A stretch of DNA of 50,799 nt from Octopus bimaculoides. Taxonomy: Eukaryota. The notes under the pieces were generated by a model. That model did not search any database. It saw only the letters and a list, made by a program, of their open reading frames with translations, and was not told the origin of the DNA. Position 1 is the first letter of the stretch. Each line of letters opens with the position of its first letter. Shown piece after piece: positions 37,881-50,775 of the stretch. Location of the stretch: NCBI RefSeq assembly GCF_001194135.2, contig NC_068984.1:67389570-67440368 (forward strand), in the 5' to 3' direction. Both the position numbers and the translations under genes were made by a program.

Positions 37881-37959
37881 GGTTATCTGATCCTCAATGA
37901 GCTAGGTTTCTGTAAGAAGCCAATGAAACTTTAAGTTGCATGGAGCCGAATCCTAAAAT

Positions 37960-38085
37960 TTTTAATAATCCTTTCTACAATAAGCACAAGGCCTGAATAT
38001 TATGGGTGGGGGATAATCGATTACACCGAGCACAGTGCGTAACTGGTAATTATTTAACGAATCCTAAAGGATGAAAAGAATGTTG
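37960..38085 (-). mobile_element. SINE family A 3' fragment
   Basis: cacaaggcctga..gggggataatcgattacacc..cagtgcgtaactggtaattattt..aaaggatgaaa is the reverse complement of ~295-405. Confidence 0.7.
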
Positions 38086-38344
38086 ATAGAGGATTATAAC
38101 GTCAATATGAAGCAATTCGACGGCCGTTTCTGGAGTCCATTAGTCAACCGGTATGAATCTTTTAGATTCACACTGACAATGTCTCCTTCATCAGGAATAA
38201 GTAAATACATAATTAAATAAGTTTGAAGACATATAAGAGAAAAGAAAAGAAAGGAAATTTTTGGTTACATTACGTTAGTCGTCGGTTAGTCCATCAGATA
38301 CTGACCAGTTTTACGATGATTCACGCTTAAATATGTATATATAT

Positions 38345-38570
38345 ATTTGTGTGTGTCTTTGTGTCAGTGTTTATCTCACCAGATCCGCTTGACAACCGGT
38401 GTTGGTGTATTAACGTCTCTGTAACTTAGCTGCTCGGCAAAAAAGACCGACAGGGTAGGTACCTTGCTTAGAAAACGTGATAGAGCTCATTCTGTCAACT
38501 AAACTTTTCATGTCGCTACTCCAGCGTGGCCTTAGTCTACTGACTGAAACAGTTAAAAAGATAAAAGATT
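38345..38570 (+). mobile_element. SINE family B 3' tail
   Basis: cgcttgacaaccggtgttggtg..acgtctctgtaacttagc..cggcaaaaaagaccga..ccagcgtggcc..gactgaaacagttaaaaagataaaaga. Confidence 0.8.
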
Positions 38571-40379
38571 GTGTTATTCAAATAATACACGATGAATACA
38601 AGGATGACTTATTGCTCCCAGCGGTTTCATTATGGTACAACAGTCAGTTGTTATGATAAATGTTTGAGAAAAATCATTGAATATTTTGGCATAAGCGTAC
38701 TGCTAATTCAGTTTATATAATTGTGTTACAGTTTTATGAAAATCACAATTACTTTTACAATATATAAGGAAAAAGCACTAGCTGTAGCTGTTGTTTATTG
38801 AAAAATATCGTCGTAATTAAATGATGGTAAGAGGATAGCAATACCAATCACAGCACAGTGAACACACCTGTTGCTAAATAGAAGGATAAACGTATTGGGA
38901 TGATTTTTCTTTTAAAAAATTTCGTGGTCAGTAGATAACTTTATTTCAAAATCTAAATACATCTAAATAATTTGAAAAATAAATCATGAACAGACTTGAG
39001 GCAATATATGATATTTTACACTTCTGTGGATAACTGATGCAGCATAGTATACTTTAACAGAGTGTGAGAAGAATTTATGACAACAAGTGTAGTAAACAAG
39101 TGAGTAATGTAAAATGTGAATGCTGATGCGTCTGTGATAAAACTTTCATCTTCAGTGGGAAACCTAACAGATTGGAATTAATAAGAAGCCATATGACACT
39201 GAGTGCGTATATCACGAAAATTATATTACATAATGTCTGTAGCATGTTATAATTGTTGCCAAGGTAAAGAAAACGAAAAACCTAATAAATAAATGAGATG
39301 AGGATATGATAAAACTAAATGCATTTTGATATCATGAACACTTTGGTATGATGTGTGGTACTTTCTGGAAGACGACCAGAAAGGCCATTTTCGAATGACA
39401 TTTAGAAACAGATGGAACCTGATATGCAATAAAAAAATTATGAAATAAATATAATAAAACTTAAATATTCATACTGATGATTAATCAGTTTAATTTCCAC
39501 ATACAATGATAAGAATATTGCTAACTACAAATATCAAGGATAACTTAATAACAGCGCATTTTCAATAGGACTTCCTATTAATATCAATTTTCTATATTAT
39601 TTTCTGCACTCAAAAAATATCTGAGTCAGTAAAATTACTTCTGCAAAGCTATAATATACTTAGATATTGTCAGATATCACAAAACTAGATCCACACAAAA
39701 TTATATCGACAAACACAGATACACTCGAGCCCCGCTACACACACATGTACATTCAAACTGACTGACATACCAAAACAGCTCACAGGAACAAATATGTGTA
39801 TATGTATATATTCAAGTACTTATACTATGGATTTGAGCTTATTGCACGTTACGTCCCATAAGCTATAATTAAACGTCATATGCACCAACACAATTCGACA
39901 CATGCACCAACATTTAAAAGTAAATCATGCAGAGAACATCACAAATATCAGAGGTGGTTAGTATGCGGTCAGTCGTTTTGGTAGGGGTCGCTGCTAAAAC
40001 ACACTCAGATCACATCCTACTGTTTTAATAAAAAATATGTTGTGTAAAATATTTCCTTTATAGGAAAGGTAGAGTGAAAAACGATCAGATGACCTCCGGT
40101 AAAATGTCTTCGACTACATGTTTTGCTGTTGAGTAATCAGGCCTGAATTGTAGCTATGCAACATCAACAAACGTAGATAAAAAATAAAAAGGAAAAGAAA
40201 AGTCTAGCCAGCATTAGTTAGTGATTAGTACCAGGTATTATGTAACGCTCTTTCGGTAATATTTATGTGTGTTTATGTAGTTGCAAGCTGATATAAACGT
40301 ATTTTGAGCCCTCTCACTTCTTGACTATGCAGAACGTCTATGTTGTCGCAACTTTAGGGAGAGATAGAGAGAAAGAACT

Positions 40380-40520
40380 GCGCCAGCAGTCGGCATATTC
40401 TAATGTACAACTAAGAAGGCAAGAAAAGCATGAAACAAAGTGCCTTACTCAAGGACACAAAGCACCACTCGGTTCATGAATCAAATAAACGTGAATTACA
40501 TTATCATACGCTTTAGACCA
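40380..40520 (-). mobile_element. Probable degenerate SINE head remnant
   Basis: aagtgccttactcaaggacacaa..ggttcatgaatc resembles the reverse complement of tRNA-SINE heads. Only a short match. Confidence 0.3.
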
Positions 40521-41176
40521 AGCGTCTTTACAAAGGAATATATCCATGGATATACACACAGAAATATCGTATGTAATTTATTCATCTAATTCTCTAAAAT
40601 AAATATTACTAAATCCTAACGCTATTGCACTCAAAGCTGTAAATTAATGTCAGTAAAATAAGTTCCTCGTGTGAAACATGTGGATAGTAAAAGTACCAAA
40701 GCGCCATTTAAAAAGTAGCTAAGAATAATATGTTAATATCTTTTATGTAAGTGTAATTGATATTCCACAGAAGTAACTATTTTCCTACCAATAAAATTTT
40801 CTTGTACTGCATATTCCATGTGCTGTTATAGAAAGTCATCACCATTTCAGAAGAAATCAAGTTCGCTTGCAGAATAAATTTTACATTGCAGCAATCAAGG
40901 GAATGATAAATTTTAATGGTTTAAAATTAGATTTAGTGCAATTAAAATCGCAAAAATAATAATAGTTTAAATTGACATAAATACTATATGTATATATGTG
41001 TGTGTGCGCGTCCGTAGGTATATATCTGTATGTATACGTGTGTATATATATATATATATATTTATATATAAAGTATACATCAAGAGAGTATATTTGTATG
41101 TATCGTATATATGTCTTCATATTTAAGTATATATATGTGTGTGTGCGCGTCCGTAGGTATATATCTGTATGTATAC

Positions 41177-41214
<38 letters not shown>

Positions 41215-42145
41215 TAATTGTAAGACCCCAAACAAAATACTGTCGGCTTCAAATATTTACAAAATATCATTTTATATGCTAATCGTCCAATTATTTCATT
41301 ATTTCAGTCATTGGATTGCGGCCATACGCCACGGCCCCAAAGATGTCATCTATCAAATTCATCGCACATTTGTTTTTAATCGTAGTTTGGTCTTTTATTT
41401 ATACTCAGAGACTTGTTCGTGTTTAGAAATGTGCTCGCCTGCTCTCACGCACAAAAGCGCGCGCGTGAACACACACACACACATACACACATACATTTAT
41501 CTGCATTATCAAAACGACAGGACCTCCGCTAAAACACACGGACCAGCTAGAATATTGTTTAAAAACCTTAAGACGGACGTTTTCCAGAACGCATTCAAGT
41601 TCCATAGCGATACAATACATACTGAATACTTTGGTGGGTATTATGTTTATTGATAACTCTAGCAGCAACGAGTAAAACCATTCATAAGTACACTTAATTA
41701 AATTTTGGTAAACTGACAGTCTTCTAGTATAGGCTCATGACTTTGTGTCAGTTGTAAACATATGCAATATGAATTAATATTTTAATCAAGTAGTTATTTC
41801 ATTAATTATCAGATTTTGTTTCCGAAGATTTCTCGGACTGTTTTCGGTAAAAGGAAGTGTGTATAAGTACAGGAATATAAAATCAGTGGAGATTGTACGA
41901 TTCTAACAGATATTGTCGATTCAGAAGATCATTAAACAAAAAGAGATGCGTTTTGTAAGTTGATGATTATCATAAAATAATTAAAGTTAAAAATATGACG
42001 CTATTAGCTTGCAAAAGTTAATTACTCGCCAGCGAAATTGGAACTATAATTGTTTTGTGCTACACTATTTTATTATGAGTTTAGCATTGACTTAAATTAG
42101 TTTTATAAATTGCATTCAATCACACCATATCTTAATTTTATATAG

Positions 42146-42201
42146 CAAATGGCCAAACAATAATTTGCAACGAGTGAAGTTCCATTTTGAGAGCGAGAGT
42201 G
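42146..42201 (+). CDS. Candidate 56-nt internal exon, unknown protein
   Basis: Acceptor cttaattttatatag and donor GTG|gtgaga. Only one frame is open (KWPNNNLQRVKFHFESES). Confidence 0.1.
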
Positions 42202-43682
42202 GTGAGAAATAAACACCAAATATATTTTCATTGGAAAGCACAGGCGTTTTGCCTTCTTTACATAAATGTATTTCCTTCACCGATATATGTCTGTATGTAA
42301 GCATGCATGTATGTATGCGTGTCTGTGTGTATGTGTGTGAGTATGTGTGTGTGTGTATGCGCGTGTGGCGTAGGCGCACGCGTGTGTAAGCATAATGGAA
42401 TTTCAAAACTTTTCACTAAAGAAAGTAGTCAAGTTACCAGCAATGAGCTTGTAACTGTAACCATTTGGTTGCAAAGCACGGAAACGTTTTAACAACACCA
42501 GATCTATTGTACATTATTACCCCGGTATTATTTATAAAAAGCTGTACGAAAAAATTGCCCAAATATAATTTCACCGATATAACTCATGAAATAGCTTACT
42601 GGATTATGTTTCAATTAATGTATTATCGCACAAGATAAGAATTTTACATAAAAATTATAAATGATAGATCTAAAATTGCATTCCACGAGTGGAAAAGCAA
42701 TAAGTGCCGCCATTTAGTCATACTTCAATCATAATTAATCTTTTGCACAATCAAAGCCAATATATCGTGTATCAACATTTTTGTATCTCTCACTACGCTT
42801 ATACTCTCCTTAATTATATTAGATATTGGTTAATCTTAAAATACAAAATAACCACAACGACATGAATAAAGGGTGGAATATTTGCTTTCATATTAAGTGC
42901 CAGTTATTTAATATAAAAATTTAAACCTGTATATATTTTTCTGATACAAAATGATGTTTATTTTTATTACTGGTAAAACCTTATGAAGCAAGAAATACAA
43001 TATGCTTTGTGTAGCATGAATGAATGGAAATGCCTTTGCGCCATTAAATTAAAGGCCATGACGTTAGTATCAATATATCATAATAAAGCTGTTTATTTGG
43101 AATTTATGAACTGAAGACCTTTCCCAATTGCATAGAAGCTTACCTTTTAGTTGATTCCACCCATAATCTAAATTGAAATAATGAAATAAACAACAACTTT
43201 AAAAGTCAACAAAGACATCGAACATATAAATAGCTATAAATTCTTTACATAGAGCAGATGAATGCAGTAGAACTCTTAAAATCTATTGATATTTCGACAT
43301 AAAAGTGAAGAGTTAATAAGTCACGAATCTGGAATTAGCCTGTAGCTTTTATATGCTCCTTATTCAACAAGAGACTTCGGAGGCGTTTTTGAAACTGAAC
43401 TTCAAAATGCTACGAAACTTAATAGATTTCTTTAATGCCACTATTAGAAACTTCAAGAAAGGATTTTAAATTCCATTTATATTTCCTCACAGACTGCATT
43501 GAATGATTAAATATATATCTATTCACTACAGTAAGTGTTCCAAAGTGATGAAGGACCCGTTGATTAATATAAATATTCTAGTCTTAAGAACTATATCAAT
43601 GAATTATTGATATTATGATTATTGATATTATTGTTACTATATGAAGTTGTTGCAGCAATAGCAATAACTATTAGCATGTGTA

Positions 43683-43724
<42 letters not shown>

Positions 43725-43733
43725 GCTCAACTA

Positions 43734-43775
<42 letters not shown>

Positions 43776-44059
43776 CACACATATACATATGTGTGTGTGT
43801 ATATATGCATGCATGTATGTTTCGTGTATATTATATATTGCCTGTAATGTATTTTCCATAACGTATATGATACAAAACGAGTATATATATACACACACAC
43901 ACACACACGCACACACACACACATATACTTGCACACGAACATACGCACTTAAATGACTACCTGATAAGCTAAAATTATTTTGCGTATACAACATCAATAC
44001 AGTATAACATTTTATATCGACACGCTTTCACATAGTTTCCGCCAACCAAATTCACTCAC

Positions 44060-44253
44060 GAAACAGGAAGAAAGAGTGAAAGAAAGTTGGTACGAAAGAA
44101 TACAACAGAGGTCGCTAACACCCCCTGCCGGAGCCTGGTGGAGCTTTAGGTGTTTTCGCTTAATAAACACACACAACGCCCGGTCTTAGAATCGAAACCG
44201 CGGTCCTCCGGCCGCGAGTCCACTGCCCTGACCACTGGGCCATTGCGCCCCCA
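44060..44253 (-). mobile_element. tRNA-derived SINE, family C
   Basis: Minus strand gtgggggcgcaaTGGCCCAGTGGtcagggcagtggactcgcggccggaggaccgcGGTTTCGATTCtaagacc has A and B boxes, followed by a non-tRNA body ending in a pyrimidine-rich tail. It abuts a family B fragment at ~44020-44059. Confidence 0.8.
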
Positions 44254-46266
44254 CACTTTCACCATTTAGGCTACCTGATATCATCCACAGTTACGATATA
44301 ATTTTCACTGGACCTACGTCAGGAATTCCGCAGTGTTTGTTGAGTTTATAATGAAAGAAGGAAATGGAGAATGCTAAATCCATTCTCCGTTTTCTTCATT
44401 ATATATATATATATATATATATATATNNNNNNNNNNNNNNNNNNNNNNNNNNNNNNNNNNNNNNNNNNNNNNNNNNNNNNNNNNNNNNNNNNNNNNNNNN
44501 NNNNNNNNNNNNNNNNNNNNNNNNNNNNNNNNNNNNNNNNNNNNNNNNNNNNNNNNNNNNNNNNNNNNNNNNNNNNNNNNNNNNNNNNNNNNNNNNNNNN
44601 NNNNNNNNNNNNNNNNNNNNNNNNNNNNNNNNNNNNNNNNNNNNNNNNNNNNNNNNNNNNNNNNNNNNNNNNNNNNNNNNNNNNNNNNNNNNNNNNNNNN
44701 NNNNNNNNNNNNNNNNNNNNNNNNNNNNNNNNNNNNNNNNNNNNNNNNNNNNNNNNNNNNNNNNNNNNNNNNNNNNNNNNNNNNNNNNNNNNNNNNNNNN
44801 NNNNNNNNNNNNNNNNNNNNNNNNNNNNNNNNNNNNNNNNNNNNNNNNNNNNNNNNNNNNNNNNNNNNNNNNNNNNNNNNNNNNNNNNNNNNNNNNNNNN
44901 NNNNNNNNNNNNNNNNNNNNNNNNNNNNNNNNNNNNNNNNNNNNNNNNNNNNNNNNNNNNNNNNNNNNNNNNNNNNNNNNNNNNNNNNNNNNNNNNNNNN
45001 NNNNNNNNNNNNNNNNNNNNNNNNNNNNNNNNNNNNNNNNNNNNNNNNNNNNNNNNNNNNNNNNNNNNNNNNNNNNNNNNNNNNNNNNNNNNNNNNNNNN
45101 NNNNNNNNNNNNNNNNNNNNNNNNNNNNNNNNNNNNNNNNNNNNNNNNNNNNNNNNNTATATATATATATATGTAGAGAGAAAGAGACAGAGAGAGACAG
45201 AGAAAGAAACAGAGCGGGGCATATGTATACGTATGCTTATATGCGTGTTTGTGCATGAACATGTGCATCTGCATATCTTTCTGCCCCACTCTATTTTTCT
45301 TTTAAATGTCTTGTTTTACTGGAAAGATATATCTGCCGCGAAGTAATAATCATAGAACAGGAAAATAAATTTGGTTTCCTTCGTACATTTCCACACTTTT
45401 TTTTTTTTTTTTTTACTTTGGCATATATTATCAGTAATGGGGTTCTGTATTGATTCGAGTGAAATTTCGCTGGGTTGTGTGTTGACGATCTTTAATATCT
45501 ACAAATGTTTCATGAAATAGCGAACGTTTTCATATATCGAATGACATTTGCATTTTATATTGTTTTCTAGTTATTGCTGAAGCATCTTACATCTTTATAG
45601 CAAGGCAATTTCCTGAGCTTATGTGATATCAGGAAGTGATGCATGATGATGATATTCACAGCGACATTACAAATATCTCGAAAAACAAACTCTATGAGAT
45701 TGGTGATCAATAGCAGAAATGGTCGATCTCTGTTTTCATTAAGCTTTGCGTTTGCTTGTAGCCTCAGAAAATCGTTTATTTCCCTCCCTTTTTTTAACGG
45801 TATTCATTGAAAATAGGAATAGAAATCAGAACGGAAAAAAAGACATTCAAGCTTTTATAAAAGAATGCCTTTCTAGACATACTAAAAGATAACGTTTACA
45901 GTAAGAAAGAAAATATCTCAAACGTTCGTTTCTGCGAAGAAATCCGAAATAATTTTATCTGTGCGCTAGAAATGTCATCATAACCATCATCCATCAATTT
46001 ATATGATGCATCGAGTATGTATGNNNNNNNNNNGGTACCCAATTATTGTTACACTAGTGTTATACCAAGTGTAATAAGTGGGGAGCTTTGAATATCATAT
46101 TTGTTTCTTGTTTGTTATTATTTTCATATTAATTGGCTCGTATTCTTGACACTAGCCTATACTGAGGCCTGTGTCTGTTGTACTAGACTTGATACGGGAG
46201 TGGAGTGTTGAAACCCTTTATTAAACCTGATTTTGTTTGCGTGTCGCACTTTACTGTCCCTGTTTC

Positions 46267-46307
<41 letters not shown>

Positions 46308-48050
46308 NNNNNNNNNNNNNNNNNNNNNNNNNNNNNNNNNNNNNNNNNNNNNNNNNNNNNNNNNNNNNNNNNNNNNNNNNNNNNNNNNNNNNNNNNNNNN
46401 NNNNNNNNNNNNNNNNNNNNNNNNNNNNNNNNNNNNNNNNNNNNNNNNNNNNNNNNNNNNNNNNNNNNNNNNNNNNNNNNNNNNNNNNNNNNNNNNNNNN
46501 NNNNNNNNNNNNNNNNNNNNNNNNNNNNNNNNNNNNNNNNNNNNNNNNNNNNNNNNNNNNNNNNNNNNNNNNNNNNNNNNNNNNNNNNNNNNNNNNNNNN
46601 NNNNNNNNNNNNNNNNNNNNNNNNNNNNNNNNNNNNNNNNNNNNNNNNNNNNNNNNNNNNNNNNNNNNNNNNNNNNNNNNNNNNNNNNNNNNNNNNNNNN
46701 NNNNNNNNNNNNNNNNNNNNNNNNNNNNNNNNNNNNNNNNNNNNNNNNNNNNNNNNNNNNNNNNNNNNNNNNNNNNNNNNNNNNNNNNNNNNNNNNNNNN
46801 NNNNNNNNNNNNNNNNNNNNNNNNNNNNNNNNNNNNNNNNNNNNNNNNNNNNNNNNNNNNNNNNNNNNNNNNNNNNNNNNNNNNNNNNNNNNNNNNNNNN
46901 NNNNNNNNNNNNNNNNNNNNNNNNNNNNNNNNNNNNNNNNNNNNNNNNNNNNNNNNNNNNNNNNNNNNNNNNNNNNNNNNNNNNNNNNNNNNNNNNNNNN
47001 NNNNNNNNNNNNNNNNNNNNNNNNNNNNNNNNNNNNNNNNNNNNNNNNNNNNNNNNNNNNNNNNNNNNNNNNNNNNNNNNNNNNNNNNNNNNNNNNNNNN
47101 NNNNNNNNNNNNNNNNNNNNNNNNNNNNNNNNNNNNNNNNNNNNNNNNNNNNNNNNNNNNNNNNNNNNNNNNNNNNNNNNNNNNNNNNNNNNNNNNNNNN
47201 NNNNNNNNNNNNNNNNNNNNNNNNNNNNNNNNNNNNNNNNNNNNNNNNNNNNNNNNNNNNNNNNTATATATATATATATATATATTTATTAAGATGGTCA
47301 ATTTAATGAAAACGGCAACGCCATTTGCGCCTAGAGCGAATGTTAATGAAGCGAGCTTGATATAGAAAATAGAGTTAGTACTTTTTGATGATATCTGTAA
47401 TACTTAACTATCGAACTCATATATCTCTTCCCTCAGACGAAGCCAGAGATGAACAAGGAAATGGGATTATATATACATTCCGTGAATGATATTAAAATCT
47501 TAATTAAAATAAACATATTAAGAATACTATTTTACAAATCTTATTTTACAGTAATTTCCAGTTATGTCATCAGTTTTCTCAGTTATTCCTCAAAAATCAT
47601 TCAGGCTGCATTCGAAACAAACATAATGTAAAAGCGCAGACACGCTAGAAAATTTTAAATGTATCTAAAAACAAATTATTAAAGCATATAGAAGAAAAGA
47701 CAAATATGAAAAGATCGAGTGAGTAAAGCAGAACATAAATTATTGTTTATTTTATCGTCGCGATTTTATATTTAATCTAACAATTTGAAAAAAACATGTC
47801 TTTTCATTCTCCTAAATATAACAGCATCAGTAACATGGTAGCGGCATTTGTCGTCTATATAAGATCTAAAAATTATATTAGCGTTTACTCCAATAAATGT
47901 ATTAGAGAAAATTGCCAACACTTCCCAAAGTATAACATTATTTAGTTTGCTATACCATAAACTGAGTTTTGAACTTAAATATATATACATACATAGAAAT
48001 ATATATATGTATATATATTATTTTTTTATCTGTATATATATATATCTATA

Positions 48051-48101
<51 letters not shown>

Positions 48102-48135
48102 ATATATATATATATATATATATATNNNNNNNNNN

Positions 48136-48401
48136 TGTTGACTTTGTCCGTTATCAGAGCTGCGTTCTTTTCGTTTGTTTGTTTATGTGCTTGTGCGTGC
48201 AACAGTGTGCATGTATGTATGCGAGTGTGTCTGTATGCATATATATATATATATATATATATATTATGTATGCGATTATGTACCTTTCTATGTATGTATT
48301 CTCTATGTTCATGTGCTTGTGTGAGCATGTTTGTATATTCATATGTATTTGAGTGTGTGTGTATATTTGTGTGCGTACCTCTGTCTCCTTCTGTATGCGT
48401 G
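48136..48401 (+). repeat. Left arm of an imperfect inverted repeat (partner 50107-50350)
   Basis: The anchors gtacctctgtctccttctgt, gtaccttt.tatg.atgtattct and actttg.ccgtta.c.ga.ctg occur here, and in reverse complement and the same order at 50107-50350. Confidence 0.8.
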
Positions 48402-48483
48402 TTTGAGTGTGTCTATGTCTATTCGTTTGTGTGACTATGTATATGCGTCTGTTATGTATGGATGTATGTCTCCATGTGTGTCC

Positions 48484-48529
<46 letters not shown>

Positions 48530-48751
48530 AGTGTGCGTATGTGTATATGGCCATGTGTTAGTGTCTCATTTTGTGTGCTTATATGTGTGTGTGCTTGTTT
48601 GTCCTCATTACCTATGCAACTGTCAATTTACTTATCTATCTGTTTACCTACATATCCATTTACCTACCTATATAAATATATATTCGCCTACTAACAAATC
48701 TACCTGAGCATGTATAAACTGTGGGTATTGGCTTATCACTACCTTCTATGT

Positions 48752-49178
48752 TTATTTTCTATTTCGTATGGGGGAAGATTCATTTATGAGGACGTACTCC
48801 TGTATTTGTCTGAGTTTTGGGTCCTTCGGGTGCTCTGATAAAATGCGGATGTCAAGTCGACCAAGTGTGCCTCCAAGTTGGTCCTTGGAATGTTAGTAAA
48901 GTACATTGTCTCAAAGGTTCATTTAACCTCTCTAAAATGCTTCTAGATATTTTACCAATAATATATGTCATGTTCTTGTCTTTACAAGCACCCTCTATGC
49001 ACCTTATGCTGTAGACTACATTTTTAGATTTACAGTTAATGCCAGGGTTCATCTTACATACAATGCAATTTTCATTGGTGCAGGTGGTATTCTGAAAGGG
49101 GTGGTCTGATGGAGGTCCCTGGCTTTTCAATGATCTTTGTGCTACTACTCCATGAAATGTGGCCTCTACGAACATCAC
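48752..49178 (-). pseudogene. GIY-YIG endonuclease remnant of the Penelope-like element
   Basis: CTNENCIVC..NCKSKNVVYSIRCIEGACKDKNMTYIIGKISRSILERLNE (VVY..C..C..YIG..R..R..E), followed in a broken frame by DPKLRQIQEYVLIN. Confidence 0.85.
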
Positions 49179-49267
49179 TTCTCGATATTTGTCGGCCCTG
49201 TACTATGTGTTTGTCCTGTTTGTTTTGTCACAAACACTGTATTCTACTCCAGTTTTTACCCCTGTAT

Positions 49268-50100
49268 CTAGGGCAGTAACCCCTGGTTTTTATTACATAT
49301 AGTACTTCCTAACTTCTTCCTAGCTCCCCCGTATATTCGAATCCAATGTTTTTGGCTATATTCAGAGAATTGCATGCGGTGTATGAAGTTCTGTACATGT
49401 ATCTGTCTTTCATAGGGTTCGCATAGATAGGACGTATTCTTCATTATCCTAACTAAGTCTGCTATCAGTATGTTGATTTTCATGTGGTGTAACAAAGTCG
49501 AGTTCTTGTGAACAACATATTTAGAAGCTATGGGTTTCATATAATAGGAGTAGAGGAGATGTACACAGTGGTTCACAGTCTTTAACCAAAGTTCAGTATC
49601 AAGGACAGGGACTTTATAGTTATGTTGCCTGGTGGAGTAATCTATAGCTATCTTAATACATTGGTGAATGGTGTTAGCTACGTGCTGGTTGCTCTCCATT
49701 ATGCTCCTCTTGATTTCTACACCACAGTTGCTAGAGTTTGTCCTCTCTAGAATATCAATGTCATCTACAGTAAAGAAAAACAGTTGTGGATAGTTCGGCT
49801 AAGGATTGTTTAAGGTTTCTGTCCCATCAGGTCATGAAGAGGCCAACCACATCTCCAGCCACACCGACGCCAATGGCTGCAACTTGAACCTGCATGTATA
49901 GTTTCCTGTTAAACTTTACTATGTAATCATTCAACGTGGTTCTTATGCTAGCCCCTATTGCATGTGCAATCATTCTTTTCACCTGACTGCTGTTCTCAGG
50001 GTCCTTAGGTGGGTACGGTCCGGCCACTCCAAGGCTCTGCGGTGCTTTTTGCTTCACTGCGAAAAATTTGATCGGTGGTCTTCCCCTCTGTGACCCAGTG
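49268..50100 (-). pseudogene. Reverse transcriptase C-terminal half and thumb remnant of the Penelope-like element
   Basis: ORF 49268-49699 and the non-repetitive part of ORF 49827-50369 carry PLE RT motifs (GAIG-like, KVPVLD, KP.ASK) interrupted by stops. Confidence 0.85.
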
Positions 50101-50106
50101 GGGAAG

Positions 50107-50236
50107 ACGCACACAGAAGGAGACAGAGGTACACACAGAAATACACACACACACACACACACAAACATGAATATGCAGAATACATGCATAAAAAGGTACA
50201 CACACGCATACACATATGCGTAAACACACGCGTACA

Positions 50237-50267
<31 letters not shown>

Positions 50268-50350
50268 GTGTATACACATGCACACGGACGCACACACATG
50301 TGCACAAACAAACAAAAGGAGCTCAGTTCCGGTAACGGGCAAAGTAAGCA
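50107..50350 (-). repeat. Right arm of an imperfect inverted repeat (partner 48136-48401)
   Basis: cagttccggtaacgggcaaagtaagca matches the reverse complement cagctctgataacggacaaagtcaaca at 21 of 27 positions; acgcacacagaaggagacagaggtac is nearly identical to its partner. Confidence 0.8.
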
Positions 50351-50629
50351 ACTTTTGAAGAGTTTGCAAGAAGCAACGAAAATTTTAGAAGAAAAGTAAA
50401 AAAGGAGCGGAAACTGAACCGGTGAGCGTGTTAATTAATAAGGCATTAAAACAGAATGACTCTCCCCAAACACAAAAAAAAATATGCTTCACCACACGAA
50501 TTCACATAAAGAACCTTGCAAACCAAATACAAAAACTAAATATATATATATATACATACATAAACACACAGACACGCGCGCGCACTCACTCACGCGTTCG
50601 CACACGCACTCACACATACAACCTATATA

Positions 50630-50706
50630 TATGTGTTTATATCTATCATGGTATATTATATCTATCTATATATCTATATATCTATATATATACACATATA
50701 TATATG

Positions 50707-50737
<31 letters not shown>

Positions 50738-50744
50738 ATATATG

Positions 50745-50775
<31 letters not shown>

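Larger units (their letters stand above)
48700..50106 (-). mobile_element. Decayed, 5'-truncated Penelope-like retroelement (RT plus GIY-YIG endonuclease)
   Basis: RT: KRMIAHAI..YIVKFNRKLYMQVQVAAIGVGVAGDVVGLFMT*WDR..LYCR (the YVDD region is destroyed). Thumb: KVPVLDTELW..YMKPIASKYVVHKNS..RMQFSEY. A Cys-rich linker and GIY-YIG follow. Confidence 0.9.

Noticed and set aside
39361-39383. 8-bp hairpin ctttctgg-aagacga-ccagaaag
   Set aside because: Short enough to occur by chance.
39684-39698. actagatccacac, a partial match to miR-279
   Set aside because: The seed-side bases and the 3' end differ, and there is no surrounding hairpin.
41308-41382. HWIAAIRHG resembling a PH-domain C-terminal helix after a good acceptor
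   Set aside because: Six-residue resemblance only, with a poor donor and no upstream PH exons found.
44175-44253. tRNA-like sequence on the minus strand as a tRNA gene
   Set aside because: The T-arm and acceptor stem are broken and it runs into a SINE body.
4820-50311. Dozens of supplied ORFs rich in YIYI, THTH, CVCV or ERER, and ORFs spanning X runs
   Set aside because: They are translations of stop-free dinucleotide microsatellites or of assembly gaps, not genes.
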